A stretch of 64,000 nucleotides of DNA from a virus. Below the pieces are notes generated by a model, which saw only the letters and a program-made list of their open reading frames with translations, did no database searches and was not told the DNA's origin. A program made the position numbers and the translations under genes. The stretch spans positions 1 through 64,000 of the IMG/VR virus record IMGVR_UViG_3300001919_000028; one strand, 5' to 3'. Shown piece by piece: positions 17,709 to 26,796 of this stretch. The stretch's first letter is position 1, and the number at the start of each line of letters is the position of its first letter.

Positions 17709-17815
17709 ACAAAAAACACTGTGATGTATAACCGCATTTATTTGTGGTGCTTACCGCCGATGGCGTAAGTGACGAATAGCCGAGAGAAAGAAGGAGTATC
17801 CCCTGAAGGGAGGAG

Positions 17816-17854
17816 ATGACGCGTGGCAGCAGGCATCGCCGACTGCCGCGTCAT
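17816..17854. repeat. 12-bp inverted repeat with 1-nt bulge (ATGACGCGtGGCAG…CTGCCGCGTCAT) in the 400-bp noncoding region downstream of the RT
   Basis: Read directly. Confidence 0.5.
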
Positions 17855-18113
17855 CCGACCCTCAACTGGCGAGACGACCCACCAGTTCAGACTGGCCAGG
17901 CGACCGAAGACACTCCGCATCTGGGTTCATCCCAAATCCTCTCGACAGATTCACAGAATCTGACCTGACAAATTTCCTTTTACAGGACATCAGATGACCA
18001 GAAACCATACCAGAGGAAGCGCGCACCGCCTCTTCGGATCTGTTTGATAGCTCCAGAAGGCACGCTATATTACTGTCAGATCACAGTGTACCCCCGTTCA
18101 AAGGAGTTTTGCC

Positions 18114-18788
18114 ATGATTTATTTGACTGGCGACACCCATGCCAATCTCGATATTGGCAAGTTAAACACGAAGAATTTTCCACAGCAGAAGGATTTGACC
18201 AAGAACGACTTCCTCATTATCTGCGGAGATTTCGGCCTTGTATGGGACGGCTCCGCGAGAGAAATCTACTGGCAGGACTGGCTGTCATCCAGAAATTACA
18301 CCACCCTGTTCGTAGATGGGAACCACGAAAACTTTGACATCCTCCGCAGAATGCCGCTGAGTGAGAAGTTCGGAGGACAGGTCAGGGAAATCGCGTCGGA
18401 CATCTACCACCTGGAGAGAGGTCAGGTTCTCACCATCGACGGGAAGAAAATATTTGTCATGGGCGGCGCTCGCTCCGTGGATAAGGACGGCCGCATCGAG
18501 CACCTCTCATGGTGGAAAGAAGAAATGCCGGCGATATGGGAGATGGACCGGGCGCTCAGCGCACTGGAGGCCGTCAACTGGGAGGTTGACTATGTGGTTA
18601 CGCACTGCGCCCCACGAAGCGTCCAGCAGATGATATCTCCCTGGTATGAGAACGACCCGATGGTCAGCTTTCTGGAGAGAGTCCGCCAGGACTTGAAGTT
18701 CAAGCGGTGGTACTTCGGCCATTACCACACAGACCGGCAGGTCAACGAACAGTTTATCGCATTATACAATAAGGTAGTCCCTGCGTAG
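18114..18788 (+). CDS. Calcineurin-like metallophosphoesterase
   Basis: GDTHAN…ICGDFG…DGNHEN…GHYH motifs. Confidence 0.8.
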   Translation: MIYLTGDTHANLDIGKLNTKNFPQQKDLTKNDFLIICGDFGLVWDGSAREIYWQDWLSSRNYTTLFVDGNHENFDILRRMPLSEKFGGQVREIASDIYHLERGQVLTIDGKKIFVMGGARSVDKDGRIEHLSWWKEEMPAIWEMDRALSALEAVNWEVDYVVTHCAPRSVQQMISPWYENDPMVSFLERVRQDLKFKRWYFGHYHTDRQVNEQFIALYNKVVPA

Positions 18789-18802
18789 GGGCTGCCTTTT
18801 AT

Positions 18803-18878
18803 GCTGGAGTAATTCAGTTGGTAGAATAGGGCTCTCGTACAGCCAATGTCCCCGGTTCAAGTCCGGGCTCCAGCTCCA
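18803..18878 (+). tRNA. tRNA-Thr (anticodon CGT), CCA encoded
   Basis: Acceptor GCTGGAG/CTCCAGC, anticodon loop CTCGTAC (G27·A43 mismatch), T-loop GGTTCAAGTCC. Confidence 0.7.
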
Positions 18879-18905
18879 CAAACCTCGCCGCCCAGGTTGC
18901 AAGCG

Positions 18906-18932
18906 AACGGTGCCTGCACCGTTGCTGTTTTT
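18906..18932 (+). terminator. Rho-independent terminator (AACGGTGC-ctg-CACCGTT + GCTGTTTTT)
   Basis: Stem-loop plus T-run after the tRNA. Confidence 0.6.
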
Positions 18933-19102
18933 GAGGGTGGCAAGAGTGTGCGGTGGCGAAATTAAAAACGCAGGGAAATGTTAGGAAAGCCCCGTAGTTA
19001 AAGACTGATTGGAAGTAAGGGGCACAGCGGTTCGAAACCCACTAACCTGGGCAGACGTCGGCCCTTGCATGGGTGAAAGTCCCATGCCCGCACACTTGAT
19101 AT

Positions 19103-19170
19103 GCTCTCATAGCTCAAATGGCAGAGCTGGCCTGTAAGGCTGAGTGCAGGTTCAAATCCTGCTGAGAGCG
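19103..19170 (+). ncRNA. Atypical or truncated tRNA-like element (68 nt): good acceptor, D and T arms but shortened anticodon region, no CCA
   Basis: GCTCTCA/TGAGAGC acceptor, T-loop GGTTCAAATCC; anticodon arm does not fold canonically. Confidence 0.35.
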
Positions 19171-19298
19171 AATGCCGGGGGACGCCCCGTCTGTGAAAGC
19201 CGGACGGATCAAAACCGAAAGAGCCGCTCAATTTTGTGAGTGAGGCACAAGCGTGGGTAAGCGGCAATTTGTGAGGCCCACGACCTCACACTTTATTT

Positions 19299-19374
19299 GC
19301 TGGTATAGCTCAGTTGGTAGAGCTGCTGTTTTGTAAGCAGCGGGTCGCGGGTTCGAGTCCTGCTACCAGCTCCA
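19299..19374 (+). tRNA. tRNA-Thr (anticodon TGT), CCA encoded
   Basis: Acceptor GCTGGTA/TACCAGC, anticodon loop TTTGTAA, T-loop GGTTCGAGTCC; preceded by a hairpin plus T-run. Confidence 0.85.
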
Positions 19375-19477
19375 CCGCAGGTTTTGTTCATTTTCCTGCG
19401 GTCACTTCCTTTCTTTGACATATTCCCGCTCGCTTTGTTCATCCGTCAAGCATTGAGGAGTTGATGCTTTCGGTGAA

Positions 19478-19502
19478 ACCGGTTCGAGTCCGGTGTCGGC
19501 TG
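19478..19502 (+). ncRNA. tRNA 3'-fragment (T-arm CCGGTTCGAGTCCGG + acceptor 3' strand), no CCA, no 5' partner
   Basis: Shares a 15-mer with the 11859-11911 minihelix. Confidence 0.35.
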
Positions 19503-19535
19503 AACGTGTGGCGATAACGGGGAACCGACCGCCTA

Positions 19536-19610
19536 TTGGGGCGTAGCCAAGTGGTAAGGCACGGGACTTTGACTCCCGCATCCGCTGGTTCGAGTCCAGC
19601 CGCCCCAGCC
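19536..19610 (+). tRNA. tRNA-Gln (anticodon TTG), U1:A72, CCA encoded
   Basis: Acceptor TGGGGCG/CGCCCCA, anticodon loop CTTTGAC, T-loop GGTTCGAGTCC. Confidence 0.8.
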
Positions 19611-19637
19611 AACCATCTCAATAAGGAGGCAACATCT

Positions 19638-20171
19638 ATGACAAGATCTTATTTTCTGGACCAAGTCAATTCGTGGTCAGAGCTGATTGACCTGTGTTCC
19701 GACGAAGGTTGTGATATCTGCTCAGATATTTACAGCAACGATGACATCGACAGCATGATTGATGACGATGTTGCCGAGGCGATCCGGAGCGAGTCATGGC
19801 GCTACATCCGCGACAACCTCGCCGACATCGACACCGACTATGACTACTACCGCTGCGACGGTATGTTCGACTATGTCGGCATGGATGACACTGACTTCGA
19901 CACCTATAAGGACGACGTCCTCGACTGGATGGACGACTGTGACCGCTGGGAGCCGGAGGAGGACGAGGAAGAGGAAGAAGAGGAGTATGTCGAGGAGGAG
20001 CCGCAGGAAGCGCCGCCTCCGCAGGAGGATTTCTCCGTCGGTGATCTGATCTCCATGTGCCTCGTGGATATGGCGAATGCCAAGGTGGCCGAGGAGAACC
20101 GCCGCGCTTCCGACGAAGAGAGTATCAGGAAGTTCCTGAGCGTAGAAGAGATCGACTTTTTGCCATTCTGA
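19638..20171 (+). CDS. Hypothetical highly acidic protein (D/E-rich, EEEEEE tract)
   Basis: AAGGAGG RBS then ATG at 19638; the ORF-track extension to 19536 overlaps tRNA-Gln. Confidence 0.55.
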   Translation: MTRSYFLDQVNSWSELIDLCSDEGCDICSDIYSNDDIDSMIDDDVAEAIRSESWRYIRDNLADIDTDYDYYRCDGMFDYVGMDDTDFDTYKDDVLDWMDDCDRWEPEEDEEEEEEEYVEEEPQEAPPPQEDFSVGDLISMCLVDMANAKVAEENRRASDEESIRKFLSVEEIDFLPF

Positions 20172-20316
20172 AATCAAAACCGGTGACGCGGTTTTAGATT
20201 ACCCAGGCGTTGTGCAGATTGATTGTGATACATAAACACCTTCGGGTGGAAAAATGCACAATATCTTCTCGCAGATTGTGGAAGAATGAGCCCGCTGGCT
20301 TCGCGCTTTTTGAGAT

Positions 20317-20350
20317 CACAAAAAGTTTTAACGGGGTTAAAACTTTTTGT
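20317..20350. repeat. Perfect 15-bp inverted repeat CACAAAAAGTTTTAAC-ggg-GTTAAAACTTTTTGT in the structured leader upstream of the NAD gene cluster
   Basis: Read directly; related to the 5381-5411 palindrome (shared CAAAAAGTTTT core). Confidence 0.55.
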
Positions 20351-20500
20351 CGATCCAAAAAGACGCGTCGCTTTGTGCATATGCCGCCCTGACAATCGAC
20401 GGGCGGCATACGGACAACGTCTGGGGAGCCGGGAATGGGGGAGCGGGAGGAGCCCGCTCCCCGCCCGGTGTTTTATTATGAAGAAACAGGGGTAAGGAAA

Positions 20501-21049
20501 ATGAAAGTTCTCGTTGTTGTCGATATGCAAAAAGATTTCGTCGATGGTTCGCTCGGAACGAAAGAGGCCGTCGCCATCGTCCCGAATGTCGTGGATAAGA
20601 TCCTCAAGTTTGACGGCGACGTCATCGCCGTGACCCAGGACACCCACCACGACAACTACCTGGAGACCCAGGAGGGCAAGAAGCTCCCGGTGAAGCACTG
20701 CATCAAAGGTTCCGAGGGGTGGATGCTGGCACCGGCTATCACCGCTGCACTCTCAACGCAGACCGGTATGGTGGTCATGGACTTCTTCCATAAGGAGACC
20801 TTCGGTTCTGTTGAGATGTGCGAGTGGCTGTCTGAACTCAATGCCGAGGAGGAGAGCATCGACGAAATCGAAGTGGTCGGCCTGTGTACTGACATCTGTG
20901 TGGTATCCAACGTGCTGATGATGAAGGCATATATGCCGGAAGTTCCCATCACAGTGGACGCCTCCTGCTGTGCCGGTGTCACGCCGGAGAGCCATGCTGC
21001 GGCCATCACGACCATGAAAGCCTGCCAGATCAATGTGATTGGCGAGTAA
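20501..21049 (+). CDS. Isochorismatase-family cysteine hydrolase, nicotinamidase (PncA)-like
   Basis: VVDMQKDF…, catalytic Cys in GLCTDICV; RBS AAGGAAA. Confidence 0.75.
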   Translation: MKVLVVVDMQKDFVDGSLGTKEAVAIVPNVVDKILKFDGDVIAVTQDTHHDNYLETQEGKKLPVKHCIKGSEGWMLAPAITAALSTQTGMVVMDFFHKETFGSVEMCEWLSELNAEEESIDEIEVVGLCTDICVVSNVLMMKAYMPEVPITVDASCCAGVTPESHAAAITTMKACQINVIGE

Positions 21050-21338
21050 CTTTGCAGTGTATGCGGTGGCGGAATAGACACTATCCTCATTGTGGTAAAG
21101 CCTACGGAGCCATATCGTGACCAAATAATCGGGGCGTCTGAGGCGCTTCTAAGCAGCCCGCCCGGTGGCGCACGGTACAGTCAGTCTCCCAAACGGCAAT
21201 AGTAGACGCAAACTAAGGGGTTGCGGGTGGAGTCGTCGCTGAAATAGAGCTGGCACTTCCGAGACACCCGTATGCGTGGTGCAAATCCACGCCCGCATAT
21301 GAATTTCAAGTTTTAAGGCATGAAAGGAGTGCCTGACC

Positions 21339-22130
21339 ATGATAGAAATCAACAAGAACAAGGTGGAGCTGAACCGGTTCCCGGACGGGACACTGGCTCT
21401 GCGGTACTACGACAACTCTCCCGTGCAGAATATCCGGTGGCGCTACGACGGGGACGAGGAGTGCATGGCCATCTGGTATCTCGTCCACCATATCCGTGAG
21501 TCGTATCCGCTGACGGAGATCAACCTCTATCTTCCATACCTCCCCAACGCGAGGATGGACCGGGTGAAGAACGAGGACGAGGTGTTCACGCTCAAGTGGT
21601 TCGCCAAGTTCATCAACGGTCTTCGCTTCGACCGGGTGTGGGTGACAGATCCGCACTCCAATGTCGGTATCGCCCTTCTGGATAGAGTATCGCAGGAGGA
21701 CATCAAGCCGAACGTCTACGGCTGGGTGCTCAATGATATTGAACGCGGAACGCATGATACCGTCCTATGTTTCCCCGACGAGGGAGCGTCCAAGAAGTAC
21801 GCCAGCATGTTCCCCGATTATCCCCATGTGTTCGGCATCAAGCACAGGGATTGGCGGACCGGCAAGATCCTCGGCCTGTCCATCACCAATGAAGAGCTGG
21901 TGAGCGGCCATCAGGTTCTGATCGTGGACGACATCTGCTCTCGCGGCGGGACGTTCATGCACACTGCCGCCGCACTGAAAGAGGCCGGCGCAACCAAGGT
22001 CTACCTGTATGTCACCCACTGTGAGAACAACATCTTCAACGGCGACGTGCTGTCCTCCGACCTCATTGAGCACGTCTACACGACGGACAGCATTTTCCGG
22101 GGCAGCCACCCGAAAATCACGGTTTTATAA
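21339..22130 (+). CDS. Ribose-phosphate pyrophosphokinase (PRPP synthetase)-like protein; possible ADPR-PP synthetase of a phage NAD+ reconstitution pathway
   Basis: Type I PRTase PRPP-binding motif VLIVDDICSRGGTF; two-domain Prs-like length; adjacent to the NAMPT-family gene. Confidence 0.7.
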   Translation: MIEINKNKVELNRFPDGTLALRYYDNSPVQNIRWRYDGDEECMAIWYLVHHIRESYPLTEINLYLPYLPNARMDRVKNEDEVFTLKWFAKFINGLRFDRVWVTDPHSNVGIALLDRVSQEDIKPNVYGWVLNDIERGTHDTVLCFPDEGASKKYASMFPDYPHVFGIKHRDWRTGKILGLSITNEELVSGHQVLIVDDICSRGGTFMHTAAALKEAGATKVYLYVTHCENNIFNGDVLSSDLIEHVYTTDSIFRGSHPKITVL

Positions 22131-22187
22131 ACCAATCATTTCCCATAACCAGCGGAAATGATATATTTCAAAAAGGAGTGTATAGCG

Positions 22188-23711
22188 ATGATTTCCTACA
22201 ATCCTCTGCTGTGCCTTGACTTCTATAAGACAGCCCACGTGGCGCAGTATCCGGCAGGTCTCACCAAGATGGTGTCCTACTACACGCCCCGCATGAGCCG
22301 TCTTGGCGATACGGATAAGGTCACACTGTTCGGGCTCCAGGCTTTCATTCAGGACTACCTGGTTGACGCCTTCAATCAGGACTTCTTCAACCGGGACATT
22401 GAGGAAGTGGTTGCGGAGTATAAGCGAGTTCTCAACGCCACCATCGGAACCGACGGTGTTGGCGAGGCCCGTGTCCGTGAGCTCCACGATCTCGGCTTTC
22501 TGCCTCTGGAGATCCGGGCTGTCCCGGAGGGCGTGAGAACCGACATCAAGGTTCCGCAAATCGAGATCACCAACACCCATCCCGACTTCGTGTGGTTGGT
22601 CAACACCATCGAGACCATGCTCTCCGCCACCATGTGGCACACCCAGGTCTCGGCGGAGGTCGGCTACCGCTATCGCCAGATCGTCGAGGAGTTTGCAGAG
22701 CGCACCTGTGATGACAGCGTGGTTCGCTCCAGGCTTCTCGGCGATTTCTCTATGCGCGGGCAGGAGAGTGTGGAGAGCGCCACCAAGAGTTCCGCCGCCT
22801 TCCTCCTGAGCTTCCTGAACACCGCCACCGTTCCGGCTATCCTATGGCTGGAGGAGCACTATGACTGCGACATCGGCGTGAATCAGGTCGGGTACGGCGC
22901 ACTCTCCACCGAGCACAGTGTGATGTGCTCCAACTACGCCGTGGACGGCGACGAGGAGACGCAGATCCGCCGCTTGCTCACCGAGATCTATCCCCATCAG
23001 AGTTTCTCCATGGTCAGCGACAGCTATGACTACTGGAACTTGGTCAACGACATCCTCCCCAAGTTGAAGGACGAGATCCTTGCCCACGACGGCTGCCTCT
23101 CCGTTCGCGGTGACAGCGGCGACCCCGTGGAAATCGTGACGAAGACCGTGTTCGCCCTCTGGGACATCTTCGGCGGGACCGTGAACAGCAAGGGCTTCAA
23201 AGTCCTTGACCCCCATGTCAAGGCGCTCTATGGGGACAGCATCACGCCGCAGCGGTGCCGTGAGGTCTACACCATTCTGGAGCAGAACGGGTTCGCCATC
23301 AACAACGTGTCCCTCGGCGTCGGTTCCTTCTCCATGCAGTGTCTGGAAACGCTGGAGCTGGACGGGTATCAGTTGTCACACCCGTGCGCTCCACGCCCCA
23401 TGACATACAAGCCCTACACCCGTGACACCTTCGGCATCGCCGTCAAGGCCACCTATGCCGAGGACAAGGACGGCAATCCCATCATGATTTTCAAGAACCC
23501 AAAGACAGACAACGGGCACTTCAAGAAGTCCCAGCGCGGCTGCTGCCGTGTGTTCAAGACCAAGTACGGTTACGACTATGTGGACGGTCTGACCTGGAAA
23601 CAGGCCAACACTGGTGAGAACGAGCTCTACCCGGTGTTCGTGAACGGCCTCTTCATCAAGCGGTACACTCTGGACGAGGTGCGGCAGAACCTGCACAACG
23701 GAAAGTTCTGA
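22188..23711 (+). CDS. Nicotinamide phosphoribosyltransferase family protein (NadV/NAMPT-like; could be Namat of NARP1)
   Basis: N-terminal YNPLLCLDFYKTAHV signature and about 500 aa length typical of NAMPT/NadV; AAGGAG RBS. Confidence 0.75.
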   Translation: MISYNPLLCLDFYKTAHVAQYPAGLTKMVSYYTPRMSRLGDTDKVTLFGLQAFIQDYLVDAFNQDFFNRDIEEVVAEYKRVLNATIGTDGVGEARVRELHDLGFLPLEIRAVPEGVRTDIKVPQIEITNTHPDFVWLVNTIETMLSATMWHTQVSAEVGYRYRQIVEEFAERTCDDSVVRSRLLGDFSMRGQESVESATKSSAAFLLSFLNTATVPAILWLEEHYDCDIGVNQVGYGALSTEHSVMCSNYAVDGDEETQIRRLLTEIYPHQSFSMVSDSYDYWNLVNDILPKLKDEILAHDGCLSVRGDSGDPVEIVTKTVFALWDIFGGTVNSKGFKVLDPHVKALYGDSITPQRCREVYTILEQNGFAINNVSLGVGSFSMQCLETLELDGYQLSHPCAPRPMTYKPYTRDTFGIAVKATYAEDKDGNPIMIFKNPKTDNGHFKKSQRGCCRVFKTKYGYDYVDGLTWKQANTGENELYPVFVNGLFIKRYTLDEVRQNLHNGKF

Positions 23712-23723
23712 GGAGGGTTTTCT

Positions 23724-24476
23724 ATGCTCTGTGATGTCAAGAGAACGAAGAACGAAATCGTACAGTGGATTCGGAACTACTTTGCCCGCAACGGCCAGAC
23801 GTGTTTTGCCGTTGTCGGTATCTCCGGCGGCAAGGACTCCAGCGTGGTCGCCGCCCTGTGTGTCGAGGCGCTGGGGAGAGATCAGGTCATGGGTGTCCTG
23901 ATGCCCAACGGGGTGCAGGACGATATTGAGTGCAGCTATCAGCTCGTGAAGCACCTCGGTATCCCACACAAGGTGGTCAACATCGCCGAGCCGTTCAACG
24001 CCATGGTCGCCCAGCTCAACGAGGCACTCCCGGTCAGCCGTCAGGCCATCGTAAATCTGCCGGCACGTCTCCGCATGGCCACGCTGTATGCGGTGGCTCA
24101 GTCCCTGCCCTACGGCGGGAGAGTCGCCAACACCTGCAACAGGTCTGAGGACTATGTCGGTTACGCCACCAAGTTTGGCGACGCCGCCGGGGATTTCAGT
24201 CCCTTGCCCCATCTGATGGTGCATGAGGTCAAGCAGCTCGGCTACGAGCTCGGCCTACCGAAGAACCTTATTGAAAAGGTCCCTACCGACGGCCTGTGTG
24301 GTTCCACTGACGAGGATAACCTGGGCTTTACATACGAAACGCTGGACAACTTCATCATGACCGGTAACTGCGAAGACCCTGAGATCCGGGCGAAGATCAT
24401 GGACCTGCACGCCAGGAACCTCCATAAGCTCCGCCCCATGCCGGCGTATGGCGACCCGTACACGACGTATGTATGA
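23724..24476 (+). CDS. nadE: NH3-dependent NAD+ synthetase
   Basis: PP-loop GISGGKDSS, ARLRMATLYAVA, KFGDAAGDFSPL, PTDGL…DE matches NadE. Confidence 0.85.
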   Translation: MLCDVKRTKNEIVQWIRNYFARNGQTCFAVVGISGGKDSSVVAALCVEALGRDQVMGVLMPNGVQDDIECSYQLVKHLGIPHKVVNIAEPFNAMVAQLNEALPVSRQAIVNLPARLRMATLYAVAQSLPYGGRVANTCNRSEDYVGYATKFGDAAGDFSPLPHLMVHEVKQLGYELGLPKNLIEKVPTDGLCGSTDEDNLGFTYETLDNFIMTGNCEDPEIRAKIMDLHARNLHKLRPMPAYGDPYTTYV

Positions 24477-24547
24477 GCCATATCTGGCGCTGGTCATCGT
24501 ACTGATTCTCATTGTCTTAACTCACGACGAGGGTGGTGGAAATAATC

Positions 24548-25825
24548 ATGGAGGATTTGCGTAACGCACTGGATGCTGTTCGGCTTTTGCAAAATACGAC
24601 CGGCTCAAAGGCGAAGCAGGAAGTGCTCGCCAGGAATGCCGGCAACGAGTATTTCCGGCAGCTTATCTACTACGCCTGCCACCCTCGCCTTACTTACAAG
24701 GTATCAGAGACGACGCTGAACCAGCGGTGCAGGCCGAACTCGGCCATCACACAGACCTTCACCACGATTTTCGATATCTGTTCAAGCCTGTCTCACAGAA
24801 AGGCAATCGACGATGTGACACTCTATCAAGTCCTCACCTTTCTGGAGCTGCAGACGCCGGAGGACAGAGTCCTGTATCAGAAGCTGTTGGCGAAAACGCT
24901 CCGGCTTGGAGTCACCGCCAAGAGTATCAACAAAGCGATCCCCGGCCTGATTCCTGAGTGGGAAGTCCAGCAGGCATATCCCATCGAGAAGTACCCGCTG
25001 AAAGATGGCGTGTGGTTTTCCGTTTCGCAGAAGCTGAACGGTGTCCGTGCTACCTTTTATGACGGGAAGATGATTGCCCGGAGCGGAGCGATCATGCCTG
25101 GGCTCGACCACATCGTAAATGAGCTGGAAAAGTACCCGGACTTCGTTTATGACGGGGAAATCACCTTGAAAGACAAAGGTGAGCTGTCCGACAACGAAGC
25201 ATTTCGCATAACCACGGGAATTTTGAACGGTGAAAATGGTGATAAAACGAGGGTTTGCTTCACAATTTTCGATATGCTCCCGGAAATGGACTTCGACCGG
25301 GGTTACAGCACCGCAACCTACCGGACACGCCGCCGGTGGATGGACGAGCTCACCAAGTTCCATCCGGGGAACGAGAATGTGTCCATTCTCCCGTCGCTCT
25401 ACTCCGGCACAGACCAGTCGGTTATCGCCCCGCTGCTGGACCGTATGGTCGCCGAGGATAAAGAGGGGCTCATGGTCAACCTTGATGTTCCTTACCAGTG
25501 CAGGAGGCACAGCGGTATCTTAAAGGTCAAGCGGTTCTACACGGTTGACCTCCCCATCGTCCGGGTCGAACCGGGAACCGGCAGATGCTCCGATGTGATG
25601 GGGTCCATCGTGGTGGACTTCATCGGTGCTGAGGTCGGCGTCGGGTCCGGGTTCACTGACGAGCAGCGCAAGTGGTTCTGGGAGCACCGCGAGGATGTCA
25701 TCGGAACACTTGCCGAAATCAAGTACAAGGAGATCTCGTTCGACAAGGATACGTCCAAACGCAGCTTGCAGTTTCCCGTTTTTGTTGCTCTGCGGACGGA
25801 CAAGGATGATGTGAGTTTCGGATGA
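24548..25825 (+). CDS. ATP-dependent DNA ligase (nucleotidyltransferase motif I variant KLNGVR)
   Basis: Motifs KLNGVR (I), FVYDGEI (III), EGLMVN (IV), LKVKR (V), FPVFVALRTDKD (VI). Confidence 0.7.
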   Translation: MEDLRNALDAVRLLQNTTGSKAKQEVLARNAGNEYFRQLIYYACHPRLTYKVSETTLNQRCRPNSAITQTFTTIFDICSSLSHRKAIDDVTLYQVLTFLELQTPEDRVLYQKLLAKTLRLGVTAKSINKAIPGLIPEWEVQQAYPIEKYPLKDGVWFSVSQKLNGVRATFYDGKMIARSGAIMPGLDHIVNELEKYPDFVYDGEITLKDKGELSDNEAFRITTGILNGENGDKTRVCFTIFDMLPEMDFDRGYSTATYRTRRRWMDELTKFHPGNENVSILPSLYSGTDQSVIAPLLDRMVAEDKEGLMVNLDVPYQCRRHSGILKVKRFYTVDLPIVRVEPGTGRCSDVMGSIVVDFIGAEVGVGSGFTDEQRKWFWEHREDVIGTLAEIKYKEISFDKDTSKRSLQFPVFVALRTDKDDVSFG

Positions 25826-25841
25826 AAGGAGGGCGTCGCCT

Positions 25842-26120
25842 ATGGTCAGCTTAGATCGTTTGCAGGTCGGCATGAAAATCAAAATCGTTGACGAGTGGAA
25901 CGAAAACTCCGGCGAAAACAAAGAGGGTCTCATGGACCAGTGGCTCGGCCAAATCGTCACAGTATCGGAGGTCTACCCCAATTACTGCGTTCTGGTCGAA
26001 GAGGACAACAGAAGATGGGCGTGGTATCCGAGCGCCATCGACTGCATCGTAGATGGAACCGAGTCTGACTTTGACGCCGCCAGCGAGGACGAGTTATCCG
26101 ATTTCATCTTCGGGAGGTGA
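25842..26120 (+). CDS. Hypothetical protein (paralogue of the next gene; shared C-terminal …DFDAASEDELSDFIFGR)
   Basis: Tandem paralogy visible in translation. Confidence 0.5.
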   Translation: MVSLDRLQVGMKIKIVDEWNENSGENKEGLMDQWLGQIVTVSEVYPNYCVLVEEDNRRWAWYPSAIDCIVDGTESDFDAASEDELSDFIFGR

Positions 26121-26126
26121 CCGGCT

Positions 26127-26399
26127 GTGAATTTTGCCTCACTTCGCTACGGTATGCCGGTGACCATTTCTGACGGCGAGACCACCAAGCAGTATATCGT
26201 CCACCATGTCGATGAATGCGGTATCTATTTCGTCGGCGTCGCAGACAAGTATATCCGCATCGACCCGGAAACCAACAAGTGCGGTTGGGCGCCGATTCCA
26301 TTCACGCTGGATTTTGAGGATGTGGCAGAGTCAAACTTCGACGCAGCGACAGATGACGAAATCAACAATCTGATTTTTGGAGGGCGAGCCTATGTCTAA
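26127..26399 (+). CDS. Hypothetical protein (paralogue; …NFDAATDDEINNLIFGGR)
   Basis: Tandem paralogy. Confidence 0.5.
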   Translation: MNFASLRYGMPVTISDGETTKQYIVHHVDECGIYFVGVADKYIRIDPETNKCGWAPIPFTLDFEDVAESNFDAATDDEINNLIFGGRAYV

Positions 26400-26796
26400 G
26401 AAGAAGCCTACGATCCCTCCGTTTTCTCAAAACATCAGCGCGGTCTGTGAGCTGATGGATACCGCTGTCAAGGACTACGCATGGAGCAGCGAACAGGTTC
26501 ACCGCATGGATGGGCTCACGCAGGACTACCTCCATAAGCTAGAGCTGGACGGGCTTGACTACGGCGAGCGTGCAAAGGTCGCCACTCAGATCCAGCGGTG
26601 CCGCCAGCTTCGCAGGGCTCATAAGGACACCTGCGAGATACTGGAACCGCTGGTGATGTTCCTCAACAGCGACAAGGGCCGCAACATGATGAATCTTCTG
26701 CGGGAGGCGCTCGGCAAGACCAGGAAGGCGGAAAGCCGAATGGGCAGCCGGACGTATTTCCCACGGGTTTTAGGGCAGGGTGATTCAAATGACTAA
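26392..26796 (+). CDS. Hypothetical protein
   Basis: GGAGGG RBS then ATG. Confidence 0.5.
   Translation: MSKKKPTIPPFSQNISAVCELMDTAVKDYAWSSEQVHRMDGLTQDYLHKLELDGLDYGERAKVATQIQRCRQLRRAHKDTCEILEPLVMFLNSDKGRNMMNLLREALGKTRKAESRMGSRTYFPRVLGQGDSND

Noticed and set aside
16224-18113. Group II intron interpretation of the RT locus
   Set aside because: No maturase (X) or endonuclease domain, flanks too short for ribozyme domains I-VI, and no domain V-like GAGC…GAAA…GUUC hairpin seen.
18960-19300. Possible tmRNA in the irregular stretch between tRNA-Thr(CGT) and tRNA-Thr(TGT)
   Set aside because: No GGGG…/…CCACCA tRNA-like-domain pairing and no tag reading frame with a resume codon context. More consistent with decayed tRNA fragments.
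18998-19621. Minus-strand ORFs (18998-19267, 19439-19621) and the + ORF start at 19536 within the tRNA cluster
   Set aside because: They run through tRNA genes and fragments; their GFEP/GLEP peptides are translations of T-arm sequences. The real + CDS starts at the ATG at 19638 after an AAGGAGG RBS.
23724-24476. PP-loop ATPase as a tRNA thiouridylase (TtuA/MnmA-like) partnering the E1/Ubl system
   Set aside because: The full motif set (GISGGKDS, ARLRM, KFGD..GD, PTDGL) matches NH3-dependent NAD synthetase NadE, not tRNA thiolases, and it sits in the NAD gene cluster.
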